Of a stretch of 64,000 nt of DNA, positions 13,258-26,040 are shown piece by piece. Position 1 is the stretch's first letter. The number at the start of each line of letters is the position of its first letter. Both the position numbers and the translations under genes were made by a program. Under the pieces are notes generated by a model. That model was not told the origin of the DNA. It did no database searches and worked only from the letters and a program-made list of their open reading frames with translations. This DNA comes from Felis catus (lineage: Eukaryota), in the NCBI RefSeq assembly GCF_018350175.1, contig NC_058382.1:51524001-51588000 (forward strand). Direction: 5' to 3'.

Positions 13258-13387
13258 TTCATTTTTCGAGTAGACCTCACACCCAGCACAGAGCCCAACA
13301 CGGGGTTTGAACTCACGGCCCTGAGATCAAGACCTGAGCTGAGATCAGAAGTCGAACACTTAACTGACTGAGCCACCCAGGTGCCCC
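13258..13387 (-). mobile_element. Short, old tRNA-derived carnivore SINE
   Basis: Only the tRNA-like head: 'gaactcacggccctgagatcaagacctgagctgagatc...ctgagccacccaggtgcccc'; no CT tract. Confidence 0.85.
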
Positions 13388-14524
13388 ATGAATTTTTTTT
13401 TCATATGATGCCCAGTCTTCCTTTATCACCCAAAGAAAGTGTTCTGATTATCAGCCCAGTTGCCTCTCCTCTTCTTTCTTGCTCATCAGAGGCTAATTTG
13501 AATCAAATGATAAAAGGAAATAGAAAAAGAATGCTGAGGATACTCGGGGTAGGAGAGAACTCCTTCCATACAGTGCATGCATTCAAGCGTGTACACACCC
13601 ATGCACAACACATACACAGACCCCAAGCAGGGGAGTTAAGAGAAAGATGTCAACACATACAAGGAAAATGACTACAGAGGATCAGTAAGCATAACTGTGT
13701 GTATTTGGGGGTCGCCTTCGATGTCCTTCAACCAAGGCCAGTAATGCCTGTGCAGGGTGAAGTATGGTTCACGCAGGTGGTGCTGCCCCAAGACTGGACC
13801 GCATGGGCTTCTGGATTTGCCAGGGCTCCGCACGGATGGGGGGACTAGAGCCAGCAGAGGTCTGACTTGACTTGACAGGAAAGTCAGACACAGCAGAGTC
13901 AGAGCCGAATCCCAAGCTGGTCTCATTACGAGCAGAAGTTGGTCCCGGATGAATGGAACTCAGCCCCTGCCCTTCCTGACTCATGCCCCCAGCCCCCAAC
14001 CCTTGCGTGGAGCTATGCTTACACAGCCGCAACACGGCACGGGTCGCACGATGCTGAGAGCACCCGGGTAGCAGCACTCTCAGGACTGGTTTCTCTGTGG
14101 ACATGGCCGATAGCCAGAAGGCGTGGGTATGCCCGCGTTGAAGTGTTTCTATATGTGACAGAAACCAAGTGGCTAGATAAACAGCCATTTCCTCCAAGGC
14201 TTTTCGCCACCCTGTAGAGCCGCCAGCTGCCCCAGTGGTCCCAAACATGTCCACATGGTCCAGCAACCAATGGGTTAAAGCGTGGCACAGATGGCCCCCC
14301 GGGTCCCAACCTCAGGGACGTGACCTTCCTCCATTCTGACTGGTGCCCACAATCACAACATTCAATAGTTTAAATATCACCACTTTCTACAGAAATGTTT
14401 TAGAAGACATTTAACGTCACCGTGCCCGTTCCCTCAATATTTCTGGCCTACATATTCCTGTCTATTCTCACAGACACTAAAATACAAGTGAGTTCCTCAA
14501 TGGCTATAAAAACCATAAAAACCA

Positions 14525-14720
14525 CTATCATTTATTAAGTACCTACTATATTCTGACTCTTTATGGAGATGATCTCATTTTCTCCCCAAATTAACGCCCC
14601 AGAGTAGGCATTTTTGTCCTCATTTTATAAGCGCCTGAGGCTCAGGGTAGTTAAATAACTTCCTCAAAGCCAACATCTGGGCCCCGTCCAACTTGAGTCT
14701 TTCCTGACTGGAGTCATGAA
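14525..14720 (-). mobile_element. MIR remnant
   Basis: 'atttattaagtacctactat...ctcattttataagcgcctgaggctcagggtagttaaataacttcctcaaag'. Confidence 0.65.
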
Positions 14721-16879
14721 AGCTATTGAAAAATAAGTTCTCAATTAAAAATAGGAGGTCCATTCTCAACTGTCCCAATGCACCTAAAAATGCTAACCCC
14801 ATCTCGTCTTGAGATGTCATCTTGAACGTGTTTACCAACTCGGGATGAACCCACGGAAGTATCCCGTGGCCTGACCACTTGTCACCGCGGTGGCAACTGG
14901 CGCACACGTGCCACGAATGCCAAGTGACCTCCTTCGGGCACCGAACTCAGAACGCCATCTGCATCTGCACTCTAGCTCCTACATTTGTGCTTTTTGTCTG
15001 TATCCTCAGCCGTCACTTTTCCACGCTTTTGCACTCTCTTGCTATAAAATAATACGTAGGGTTAATAGAGACGGGCTTTGTCACAGCGAGAGGGCTGGAT
15101 TTAGCGGTTTCTAGGGGGGGAATTATTTGGGATGACCGACTGAAACCAAAGTGTATTGCCACTCCTTGCCTGCAACAATACACTCTCGGTCTTCAAAGGC
15201 TGACCAAGTTTCCAGTGGTCCCCAACAATAGCAGTTGTCATTTTCAAATGATGGTCCTTTGGAAACGCCAAGTGGAGTGAAGAAAAAGTGTGTGCTATTG
15301 CTGATTAGACAGGAATATGACTTGCAGAGCCTGTGTCACTCTCTTGTCTGCAAATTTTCTGCCCTGATTAATTACAAAGAGTGCCAGAGTGTGTTGACGT
15401 TAGTTAAAAGCATTTGCTCTTTCCAGCCTGTCCTTACACCCGAATTAAGGATTTCTGTGTCGAGGTGAGGTCAGGAGGGTTCAGATCTGTTTTCCACTGA
15501 TAAATCTTTCTGTCCCATAAGGATTAAAGGAACGAATACATGATCGCCTGTGTGTATATGTCCCCATGATCAAAGAGCTCTTGGCCAAATGGGAATGGCT
15601 CAAAGAGATAATAGGTAATTTGTTCACTACAAACATTACAATTATCTACCCCTCTACAAAGTACTGAGAATAAATTCTCTAATCAGAGTTAATTAGCATC
15701 CTTGTTGCTTTGGGTTTAGCTGGCTCGTTCTCTTAAAGGCACAGGAACGTGGACAAGAACATGGCTTTCTTGAGCCAACTTCTTAAACTCTTTCAGAGTT
15801 AGTCGGAGTATCTGCCCACCAATTAGCTTCAACCCATTTACTTCAACCGCTGCAATCGACTGAACAAAATTAACCGAGCGCCTCCTCTATATTCATTTAC
15901 TGTTCCCAACTTCTATTTGTAGACTCCCTACTCAGGGCCAACTGCCTCTTTAAAGGCTTAACAACCTCAAATTCACGAAGCAGCACGGGATGCCATAACA
16001 GAGGAACTAGTGTAGATGCTCTAGGAGCTAAAAACAGAAGAGAGGGGAGGGAAACAAATGGCCTTTCTCAGGAGGTCACATCCAAGGTTGGTTTGGAAGA
16101 ATGAGCAGGACTTTGGTAAGCTGATATGAAAAAGAAGGGCATTTCGAGAAACATGAACAACAAAGCCATGTGAAATGAGAATCATAATCCTAATAACAGC
16201 AACACATAGTTACGAAGAGCGCCGGGCGTTGCATCTTTGAATTCACTCAATCTTCACTCAGAACACAATGAAGCAGATCCTGTCACCTTTCCTTTGCACA
16301 GATGTGGAAATAGAAGGGGGAGAACATGAAGTCGCTAAACAAGACACAGAGCTGGTACGAGGTTCTGCAAGGAAAATACAACAAACCACTGAGAAGATGA
16401 AGAGATCTGTTCCAGAGGAAAGGTGGGGGGGGGGCTCTTTATGGCAACAGCTCAGCTCTGAAGAACGTCATCTCACCACACGATGCCTCACCGTGTTCCA
16501 CAAACAAGAGACAACATAAGGATGAAATGCTTCACGCAGTGCCCGGCACACGGAAGGTGTGTGACTTATGCGTCTCTCCTCACCCGTCCATTCCAGCCTC
16601 CTCCATCAGATCTTCCAAAGCCCTCCCATTGGAGATGATCCTTCTTTGGTGCTACATGTGACGTGAGGGAAAGATGGGGGAGGTCCTAATTCCTCTCATA
16701 AAATTGCACTAATAACAATGAACTAACAGAGTTAGACTGTGTGGTCTCTCGGCTCCATTCCTTCACTCAGAGGAAGAAACTCGAGGATTAAAAAAAGTTT
16801 ACTCAGATTTGTCCTTACAGTAGTGTCTAGTTTGGAATATGGTTCTCACAGCACTGGTCCAGTATCTGACGAGTAGCTG

Positions 16880-17100
16880 TTATTGTATTAGTCATCTGTT
16901 TTTATGGTATTCTCTCCCTTCATCCTCCCAACAACCCTCCAAAATAGGCTTCCTCACCTCCACTTAGCGGATGAGGCAATCGATGCCTATAGAGTTTATG
17001 TGACTTGTTCGTACTCATATATCCTCCTAGCACTGAAAGAAAGAGCTCAGATTTGAACCCAGACTTTTTTTTTTTCCATCTGTAGATTCAATGTTACCAT
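16880..17100 (-). mobile_element. MIR remnant
   Basis: 'catcctcccaacaaccct...gatgaggcaatcgatgcctatagagtttatgtgacttg...agatttgaacccag'. Confidence 0.65.
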
Positions 17101-17879
17101 TCCCTGTCAGTAAGTTCTCCATCAATTTTAAATGAATTGAGGAATGGCAAAACCCAGGCCATTTCCCCTTTATTTTAGGAGAATAGGAGCAGAGGCTACA
17201 TCTGGACTAAGAAGTCTTGCTATCAAGCCCCACCTGTGCACATCGAATTCAAGTTGCAAGACATTTGGCTTCTCCAAGCATCGGTTTCCCTGTCTAGAAA
17301 ATGGAAATAATATCGTGCTCACAAATGGAGATGAAAATTAAGGGGGGTGGTGCATATAAATGTGCTTTTAAAATCACCCAAGTGGTTTCATTGCCCTTGT
17401 AGAGGAAAGAAAAAAGGGACAGACAACAAGAATTCTGGAGCCCGCTTGGGAGGAAGGAGCCATATTGGTTGCTTGGGTTCCTCACATGCAAGGTTAGTAG
17501 TTTGGGCTAAGTGGTTTCCAAACTTCTCACCCTGTAGGGGAAGTCCTTCTGAAAGTAAAAGTCCCGACATGTGGCAGAGATCAATCCAGGTATCTATGCT
17601 TGACCATGATGCCGCTCTGATACCCATGAGTCTAAGGACCAGGCTTGGAAAACCTTTGAGCGCAACAATCAGTGACATTCTAGGCTCCGGGGATCCCGTG
17701 TTTTAGCCCATCCATATCATTGTGTATATACTACAGTTGATCCAGAAGGGATACCATGCTCTTGACATCTGAACTCTCACATGGCTTTACGAAAGCTTGT
17801 CACTGGGATGAACAACAACCCAGGCCAAGACATCCATCGATCACGGTGTGTTCTACAAGTAATTCACAGGTCCCACTCT

Positions 17880-18610
17880 TTCTGACCTTAGAAGCCCAGT
17901 GACATTTTCAAATTGTGGATCTGCCAGCCTTCCTGCACGGACATCCTTGACTCTTGCATTTCTCTTGCCCTCTAGTTTAATTGTCATAAATCTTACGGCT
18001 TTAAATCTCCAGCATATGTCTAGAATGCTTCTACATCTTTCCATCTCCACTGCCATTTTCCAAAGCCAAGGCAGCTTTGTCCAGGCAATAGAGGAGAATA
18101 AGTGGCTTTCTTCCATCTACTCTCCATATAGCATTAAACAAAGAAGCTCTTGATATGCAAACAGCTCTTAGATAAAAACTGAAATTCCTAACTATAGCCT
18201 CCAAGGTCCACCTGAGAGGACATCATGCCGTCTTCACCTCTGGGTCCAGACTTTGCATTGATCCTTCCCTCTATTTGGAGAATTTTCCCCTCACTACTTT
18301 TTTGCTGGTCCACTCATCTCCTTCAGCCCCAGGTCAAATAAATGTTCTTCCTCAATAGGAATCTTGCCTACACATCAGCTCGGGTTCTCCCTATCTACTG
18401 AGCGGCCTGCATATTCCCCCATAAGCCCGATCACACTCTGTATTGACTGATTTGCTTGTCTGGTCTTAACCCACTGGAATATAAGCCCCAGGAAAGGAGA
18501 AGGACCTTATGTTTTTCATTCCCCATTATAATCTCAGTGCTTAGGGCAGTACCCAGGACACAGGAGATGCTTACTAATTAATTCCATGCTAAAAGAATAA
18601 ACAAATGAGT
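17880..18610 (+). mobile_element. L2 LINE 3' remnant
   Basis: 'catctttccatctccactgcca', 'ccactggaatataagcccc', 'ctcagtgcttagggcagtacccaggacaca' ending in gaataaacaaatga. Confidence 0.7.
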
Positions 18611-19458
18611 GCTCATTAGCATTTGAACTGATGAGATTCTAAATATGCCCCTAAAGAATCTCTGTCTTCAGATATCTCCCTCAGCCTATCCTTTTCTCAT
18701 GGCTTTCAGCACTAGTCTCAGCACATCTCTTGATCTGACAGGGGTGCACAAGGCACTTACCCAGGACTCCTGCATCCCGTTTCCGGTGAACTTTCCAATC
18801 CCGAGAGCTCATTCTGGTGTAGACCCTCCCAGTGTTGCTAGGAATGGTGAAATTCAGGCTTTACCAATTTTTCCCCCCATTTTCTAAACAGTCATCCAAG
18901 TTATATATCCATCAGGTTATATACACTCACACGCACATGTTTGTTTCTGAGTTACAGCAAATAGTATATAATTCGGGCATGCGAATAGTGTCTACACAGC
19001 TTGGCCAGAATAGATGAGACAGTGTTCAGCCTAAAGAATGTATTGTGGCTATCTCTTTTGCTTTAGCAACTTAGAGATTTGCTGAACCCATTGACTGCTG
19101 CAACCCTTTAGAGTTTGCAAAGGTCTTTTATATGTGTTTCTTTTATTTCATATTCACAGCGGACGGTGCGCCAGGCATATCAATGCAGTGACTATTATCC
19201 CCAGGTTACAGAAAAGGAAACTCAGTCTCTGAAGGGTCAGGAAAACCACTAGAGACTTTGCAGTTAAATGATGGTGGTGCCCACTCTAAAGACAGTATTG
19301 TTTCCACTGTATCACCTTGCCTTCTCCAATCAACCATCGCCCAAAAGAAATCATTGAAAACAAATTCTAACCATGCCATTCCAGCTCATCAGCAATCCCA
19401 GGAGCTCTTAACGCTGCCCCTATTAATTCAAAATGGTAGAGGATACAAGAGCTTAGGC

Positions 19459-19641
19459 CATTGGTTCTCAACCAAAGATGGTTTTGCACCCCAGGGAACA
19501 TTTGGGGACATTTTTTGTTGTCACAACTAATGGGTAGAGGCCAGGGATGCTGCTAAATATCCTACAGTACACAGGACAGCCCCCCACCACAAAGAATTAT
19601 CTGGTCCAAAATGTTAACAGTGTAGAGGCTGAAAAACTCTG
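19459..19641 (+). mobile_element. MER20 DNA transposon fossil
   Basis: cattggttctcaacc...gggtagaggccagggatgctgctaaa...aaagaattatctggtccaaaatgt...gaaaaactctg; flanked by gcttaggc/gcttagaa (decayed 8-bp hAT TSD). Confidence 0.9.
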
Positions 19642-20248
19642 GCTTAGAATAAGTGCTATTACAATGACAAAAAGGAAGGCATATGACTTATTCTTCCTAC
19701 CGGCACAAGATATTTTAGCATTATGTGGGGTGAGCTTTTTCCAACTTCATGAGATGCTCTGCCTATAAGGATGGGGCAGTGGGTGGCAGAGAAGCGTCTC
19801 CTCATGTTTTGCTAGGAGATACTCCCTGTTTCATGCATAGAATAAAACAGAAAAATAAACTTCAACATAACAGAAATTCACCTTGTAGCTAACTTTTTTT
19901 TTTCCGGATTGCACCTCCTCTTAGTATTTTTTTCAATGTCAAATGATAAAAGTATCCACTAAGTGTAGGCACCATGGTATACTTGTGAACATATGAACTG
20001 TTCTCCTGACGTCATGGAGAATACTGCAAAATAAACATAAATCAACCAATGACAGGAAACATCAAAGAGGAAAAATCATCTAAGATGTGGTCCACACTAG
20101 ATTTTTAAGCTTTAAGATCAAAGTACATTCTCAGGATTTTTTTTTTAATTACCATGTCCTATGAAAAGAGAATTTCCAGTAGACTCTCCATGTGTGAATG
20201 GTCTCTTTTTAACATAATAAAAGAGTTATCAAAATATTGAAAATATAC

Positions 20249-20453
20249 GGGCTGTCTGGGTGGCTCAGTCGGTTGAGCCTCTGACTTTGGCTCGGGTCAC
20301 GATCTCATGGCTCATGAGTTCGAGCCCCGCGTCGGGCTCTGTGCTGACAGCTCCGAGCCTGGAGCCTGCGGCGGACTCTGTGTCTCCCTCTCTCCCTGCC
20401 CCTCCCCCGCTCGCATTCTGTCTCTGTCCCTCTCAAAAAAATAAACGTGAAAA
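20249..20453 (+). mobile_element. SINEC_Fc SINE
   Basis: Canonical body; 16-bp TSD aaaata[t/g]tgaaaatat at 20231 and 20454. Confidence 0.95.
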
Positions 20454-21559
20454 AAAATAGTGAAAATATTAACAGGTCGTTAATACCATAGTATAATTAC
20501 AATATAAACAATTTGTGATTCCTGAAACTCAAAGTTGGCCTAAATATCAGCTTCAAATAATTTTAAAGACATGTCTTTTTTCCCCAAGAGTGGCCGCCAA
20601 ACAAATGGTAGCTGAGATGAGGGACTCCGTTTCACCACAAAACCGTAAATCCATCATCTGTGAGAAGACTGTAAATTATTCATCCAGGGGAAATTCCTCT
20701 TGCTTAGCCTACTGGGGGGATCCAAGAAAAGCAGTACAAGAATGACTTACTGCCTCTGAACGCTGACCTGAAACCCACACAGATACTTCAAGGCTAGAGA
20801 GAGAAGTTGGCAGGACGGAAGGGATTCAGCGGCAGAATCCAGAATGAAGTTCTAGGGTGATGACGAAGAGTCAGAGGTAAACAGATTCCACTGCTTCATT
20901 TCGTGCCCCCCACCAAGAACGCTTCTAGAACCCTAATTTGCCCTCTTCCCAATACAACCATTTGGCACATCAGAACCTCAACACACTACAGCCTCGAAAG
21001 GAAGCAATCAACCATTGCCTAGGCCTTCCACATACAGTTCTTGGCAAAGGCTTATGCATGTACACTAAGTGCCAAGAGAATAATTTATAAAGTGCACGAA
21101 AAAAATTAATCAACCCTGAGATGATTGGCCAATGGCTACGTCGTCCAGACAATAAATAAAACTCTTAACAAATGAGGATCTGAGAATGGATGTTTTGTAA
21201 CGTGCCAAGGCTATTCCTTCCCTTAGACGAACTAAAGCTTGGGTCCAAAGGGCTGTTGGTCATCTCTGAACAGAGCTGAGATCACACAACATATTGGAAG
21301 TTATTTTCCTACCACATAAAAGTCTTAACACCCATCTCATAGGATCAGCGTATCGTTAAACTAGACACTGTATGCAAAGGGGCTGTTCTATACGTGTTCT
21401 AGATACGTTTTCAGAATGAATACAAGTAGGAAAGGAGGTAGATGTGCTTACTCCGGGGAGCCCGAGAGTAGAGACACAGACGTGATGCAACAGTATGATA
21501 AGGGGGGGAGGGTTGGCTTGGCTTGGAAGAATGAGTAGGAATCTGTGAAGCCTGTGCCA

Positions 21560-21760
21560 CAGTTTAGAGACGACGCTCAGAAACCTAACCTTGTATGACC
21601 ATGGGTAAATAACTCGACATCTGAGAGCTTCAGCGTCCCTGTCCGTAACCTGCAAATAACATTAGTACTTCGCTCAGGGTATAAATACCTTAATAAAAGC
21701 AACATGCTTGGGAGAGGCACAACGCATAAAAAGGGACACAATACATGTTATTATGGTATT
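21560..21760 (+). mobile_element. MIR remnant
   Basis: 'tgtatgaccatgggtaaataactcgacatctgagagcttcagcgtccctgtccgtaa'. Confidence 0.55.
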
Positions 21761-24290
21761 ATCGCTATAATTAATACTAGCAAGGAGTAGCCAACATTAT
21801 ACTCATTCAGGGTGTTTGGGGGAGACAGCGAGCTCTCATCAGTGTGCGTACTTAACCAGAGCCCGGAAAATCACCATTTAAGAAAGCCATGCTTTGGCTA
21901 AAAGATTGCTAAGACCCCAAGCATCTCGATTCTAGTTATGACCGGAAGCCAAATTCTCACCTGCTGAAATACGCGGGACTTTCAGAAAGGCCTCCCACTT
22001 TAAATTCTCAGCTGAGCTGAGTCATAAAATTGCACTTATTTTTCTGGGCCAGCTCTTGAGAGCAGACCTTTTAGCATCCTGCCACCTGTCCCCAAGCCTC
22101 AGCGACACGAGAGCGTTTCCCATCGTGGTACCCCTAATCAAGCACAGGACAAATTGGTAGCCAGGGGAGAGAAGTGCCTTGTGTTACATTTTGTGTTCCT
22201 TTAACCGATCCGTCTGTGATTTACAGCTCAACAGAGGGGTAGGGTTATAATTAAGGTGAGGAAGCCGGGAAGAGTAACGCTTCGAGAATGAAACCGGAAG
22301 TATCCCAGAGCGGCTAGATACACCGGAGACACTGTGCTCTTTTGTCGGCCAGAAGCAGAAGCTAAGGAAACAAAGGGGGAGCCCTAGAGGAGAGAATCTG
22401 AATATGTGACGGAACATGTAGAATAATGGGCTGAGAAAAAAATGGCAGAAGTGTGCAATCAGTTTCGCGTGTCAGCCCCAAAATCATGCTGGAGACTGTC
22501 TGGACCCCCAGCAAAACCGAGTTTGTTGTCTGTAGAACCCATTTCGATGAAAAAAGAGGCAAACCCTTGACAGGTGTTTCTGCAGGTCGTACACACTTAT
22601 GTATCTTATACGCCCTCAGATATCAAGTCTGTATACACTTCTTTTCAAAGCTGGAATCTCCTAGATCTCAAAATGTGGGAATAAGGTAGCAATTGTAATG
22701 CTTTCAAGAAACATTTTATTTAAGGGTTTCATTCATTCATTATTATTCCAAGGGTGCTCATGTGTCTTCTTAGCTCTCTAGAAAAAAAAAATGTAACTCT
22801 TTTGACCAGAAGACCTAAGGACATACTTGTATGTTAGCTGAGAGGTGATATATTTTGAGATTAAGCCATAAATGGTTTATCCAAATAGATGGAAGTAAAA
22901 ACATGCTTTTCTTAATATTATCTGATTTTTCCTAATTATACTGAGACATGTTACATCTCTGGTTAAAACAGTTAGCGGTCCAACGATATAATGTATCATT
23001 TTAGTTTTATTGTTTTATATCTGCTTTGTTGAACACACAGGCAACAAAACTTAATGGTGAAATATCTGAGCCTGTGTTCCTACAACAAAGGAGAAGCATA
23101 TGAGAGGGATCCGGACCTAGGTATAATAGACATTTTGGTCCACCATGTCATTGTCAATTGTCAGTTGTCATTGTCATTGTTAATCAGGTCATTGTCAGTT
23201 CACTCTGGGATGTACGGGTCCAGCCTCCGAACTCTACAAAATGCACTTTGATGGCGGCTGAACTCCACCCAGTGATGAGTTACTTTCTTTGGATAAAATC
23301 AGGAAACTGACTTGAAATCTCTAAATACGCTCCATGAACGTGCACCATCCACATATGTCTACCAGGAATTAGACCTGTCCTGGAAAGAATGATGTGTTCG
23401 ATCCTGCTAAGAAAGTTTAAATCACCTCTTCGTTTTGTTCAGTCATGACTTGAATTCAACAAAACGGGAAACCACTCAACTATTACTGAAATAACAGGCT
23501 GATGAAGAAAGACCTTCCCAGGGGATGGATACACAGGACAGAAAGCCTCCTTCTCTTTATGGAAATGGCTGAAGGTCCTGAGGCTCCACTATTCAGATTT
23601 TATTTAACTGTTGTTTCTTTATCAAGCAAATAACTTTCTAATGCTTACTATGTACTCATCACTAAACTTCTTCAAGCTTCAATATGCACCTTTCATTAGA
23701 CGAAATCTAGGTTCCAGGAGTAGTGGAGGAGAAGGGAATGCGGATAAATGATTCTTTTAGCCCAAAAGAAGAGGCATGTCCAATGGAGGTCAGTCTAAGC
23801 AATTTGATTGGATTCTGTGTTTGATGAGGAAGATCCATAGGCCTCACTTTCTACCCCAACCAAGCTCTATCCAAACTGGAACAGAATCATGGGCAATCCA
23901 CCTAGAAGTGGGACTCTGGGAAGAGGTAAAAAATAAAGGGGGGGGGCAGCGCTAAAGGATCTAAGTGGCCATGGAGGGAAAGGGGGAAGGGAAATTGGAA
24001 CTTTCCAGAAAAAAAAAAAGGGCTCCTCTATTGACCATGGGAAAAGAGTGCCCAGGTGAGGAGCCCTGAGAATCCATGTCATATAACTCATGCCCATTAA
24101 AGTGTGCAGATGGGCTGGGACAAGTTGAAGCCATTCTTTCCTGTATAGATTGGAAGTTGGGATCGGAACTTGAAATAAATGATTATATTATATATTCTTC
24201 AGATGTCACATATGTATTTAATCAGCTAATGTAGGATGTTTAATAAGGGGAGAGTAATTAAATCCTTTCTTAAAGGACAAACCCAAGAGT

Positions 24291-24324
24291 CATTCATTCA
24301 TTCATTCATTCATTCATTCATTCA
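24291..24324. repeat. (CATT)n microsatellite, probably an L2 tail
   Basis: Direct reading; followed by 'caacaaat', typical of a reverse L2 3' end. Confidence 0.9.
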
Positions 24325-25049
24325 ACAAATAAGGATTAATTTGTGAAAAGTGCCAGAAACACTAGGAGCTCTGACTCTTACCCCTCCCTCATCTTTCTTA
24401 AGCTCTAAAATTCTTCAACACTGGAGGTCTGGGATGGGAAAGAGTCAGAAGCCCTACCCTAAGCCTTCTTCCCCACCACGGGGCAGGAAGAAGCCAGCGG
24501 GCAGTGTTGGATGAAATCAGGCAACCTTATCCCTCAGGCATTGCTGTGGGTGAGATGAGGAATAGGAGAAGCCAAGAATTAGAAAGGGAGGTGGAGCAAT
24601 TTTTCTACCCCAGTTAGCCATCCCACGCTGCACATGACCACCAGCAACATCAAATGACAGTTTCACTCCATATTTTTCATGTGACGATTGCCCTTTGTAC
24701 AATAAGCAAAGTAGAAAAATAAAGCAATTTGTTTTAAACTACTGCTTAATTGCCTTTATTTACGAGCTTTGCCGAACATTTTTTGTCTAATCATCACGCG
24801 GCCTCAAAATTTATTAGAGTAATTGCTTATGGTCGAATATGTTTATAATTTACAAAAGGCTTTCATGAAGAGATCATCCTTTTGGTCCTCAGAGCTACTG
24901 CCAGAGTGAGGTGTTGTTGTTCATTCAGCACGAAAGATCTGGCAATCTGAGGTTCAGAGAGGCTAAGAGATTTGTTCAAGAGAATGCTGAGTATCGTACG
25001 TCCACCATACTTTTAAGGTGTATGATTTTCCCATCCCTGTGTTCCTTCA

Positions 25050-25216
25050 TTTTTTGAGAGGGAGGGAGGGAGAGGGGGTCAGAGGGAGAGACTCTTAAGC
25101 AGGCTCCGTGCTCAGTGCGGAGCCCAATGTGGGGCTCGATCCCACAACCTTTGGATCATGACCTGAGCCAAAATTAAGAGTCCGACACTCAACCGACTGA
25201 GCCACCCACACGCCCC
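25050..25216 (-). mobile_element. Older carnivore SINE
   Basis: 'gacctgagccaaaattaagagtccgacactcaaccgactgagccaccca'; TSD core tgttcctt on both sides. Confidence 0.9.
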
Positions 25217-25772
25217 CCCATGTTCCTTTATTAAATGGCTGTCAAATTGCATAGAATTATACCACCAACATCTATCATGGCAAACCCAGTAGTCCTGTCT
25301 TGCACTCATGCAGCCGGATCTTTTGCAGAGTGGGAAACCCAAGACCAATGACTGGAGGGCGTGTTCAAAGACCAGGAGCAAAGCGCGGGTGTTGGGCAGA
25401 TCTAAAATCACCTTCTGATGATGCTGGCACTGATCCCCTCATGCTGGCGAGCAAGTGAGTCACCTTCTGTCTGTCTTCAAACCTTCATCTGTAAAATGGA
25501 ACCAAAACAGTGCCTGCTTCACGATGCCATTATGAAGGCTGACATTTCGAGCGTGGAAACGACCTGCGACTATTATGTAGTGTCTATCTCTCTGCCAGGC
25601 ACCGTGCTGACCACGTGGAAGGAAAGCAGCAACACGAAGTGGTTGAGAGGCAGCAGCACCAGGAGTACTCACGACAGCAGCAGTGGTAGCAAGAGTAGTA
25701 ATGATCACTCTGACGACAATCACAGTCACACTGGTGCTGGTGCTGGCAATGGTCACAGAAAGTGTCCGTGGT

Positions 25773-25913
25773 GGGAGCGCCTGGGTGGCTCCGTCAGTTG
25801 AGTGTCTACCTCTTGATTTTGGCTCAAATCATAATCCCAGGGTCGTGGGATCAAGCCCCGAGTTGGGCTCCACATGGAGCCTGGGCATGGAGCCTACTTA
25901 AGATATTCATTCA

Positions 25914-25960
<47 letters not shown>

Positions 25961-26040
25961 CCTCCCAGTCGGTTCCTTTTCCCCACTCACATGCTCTCCC
26001 TCTCTCTCCCTCTCTCTCAAAAAATTAGGAAATAAAAAAA
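25773..26040 (+). mobile_element. Older carnivore SINE with (TTCA)n(CT)n expansion
   Basis: gggagcgcctgggtggctccgtcagttgag...; TSD agaaagtgtc at 25757 and 26042. Confidence 0.92.

Noticed and set aside
23690..24240. Possible ancient LTR-like element
   Set aside because: Purine-rich with an aataaa near the end, but I cannot match it confidently to any family
25418..25801. Ser/Gly/His-rich 127-aa ORF
   Set aside because: Composed of a MIR remnant, a decayed trinucleotide low-complexity tract and a SINE head
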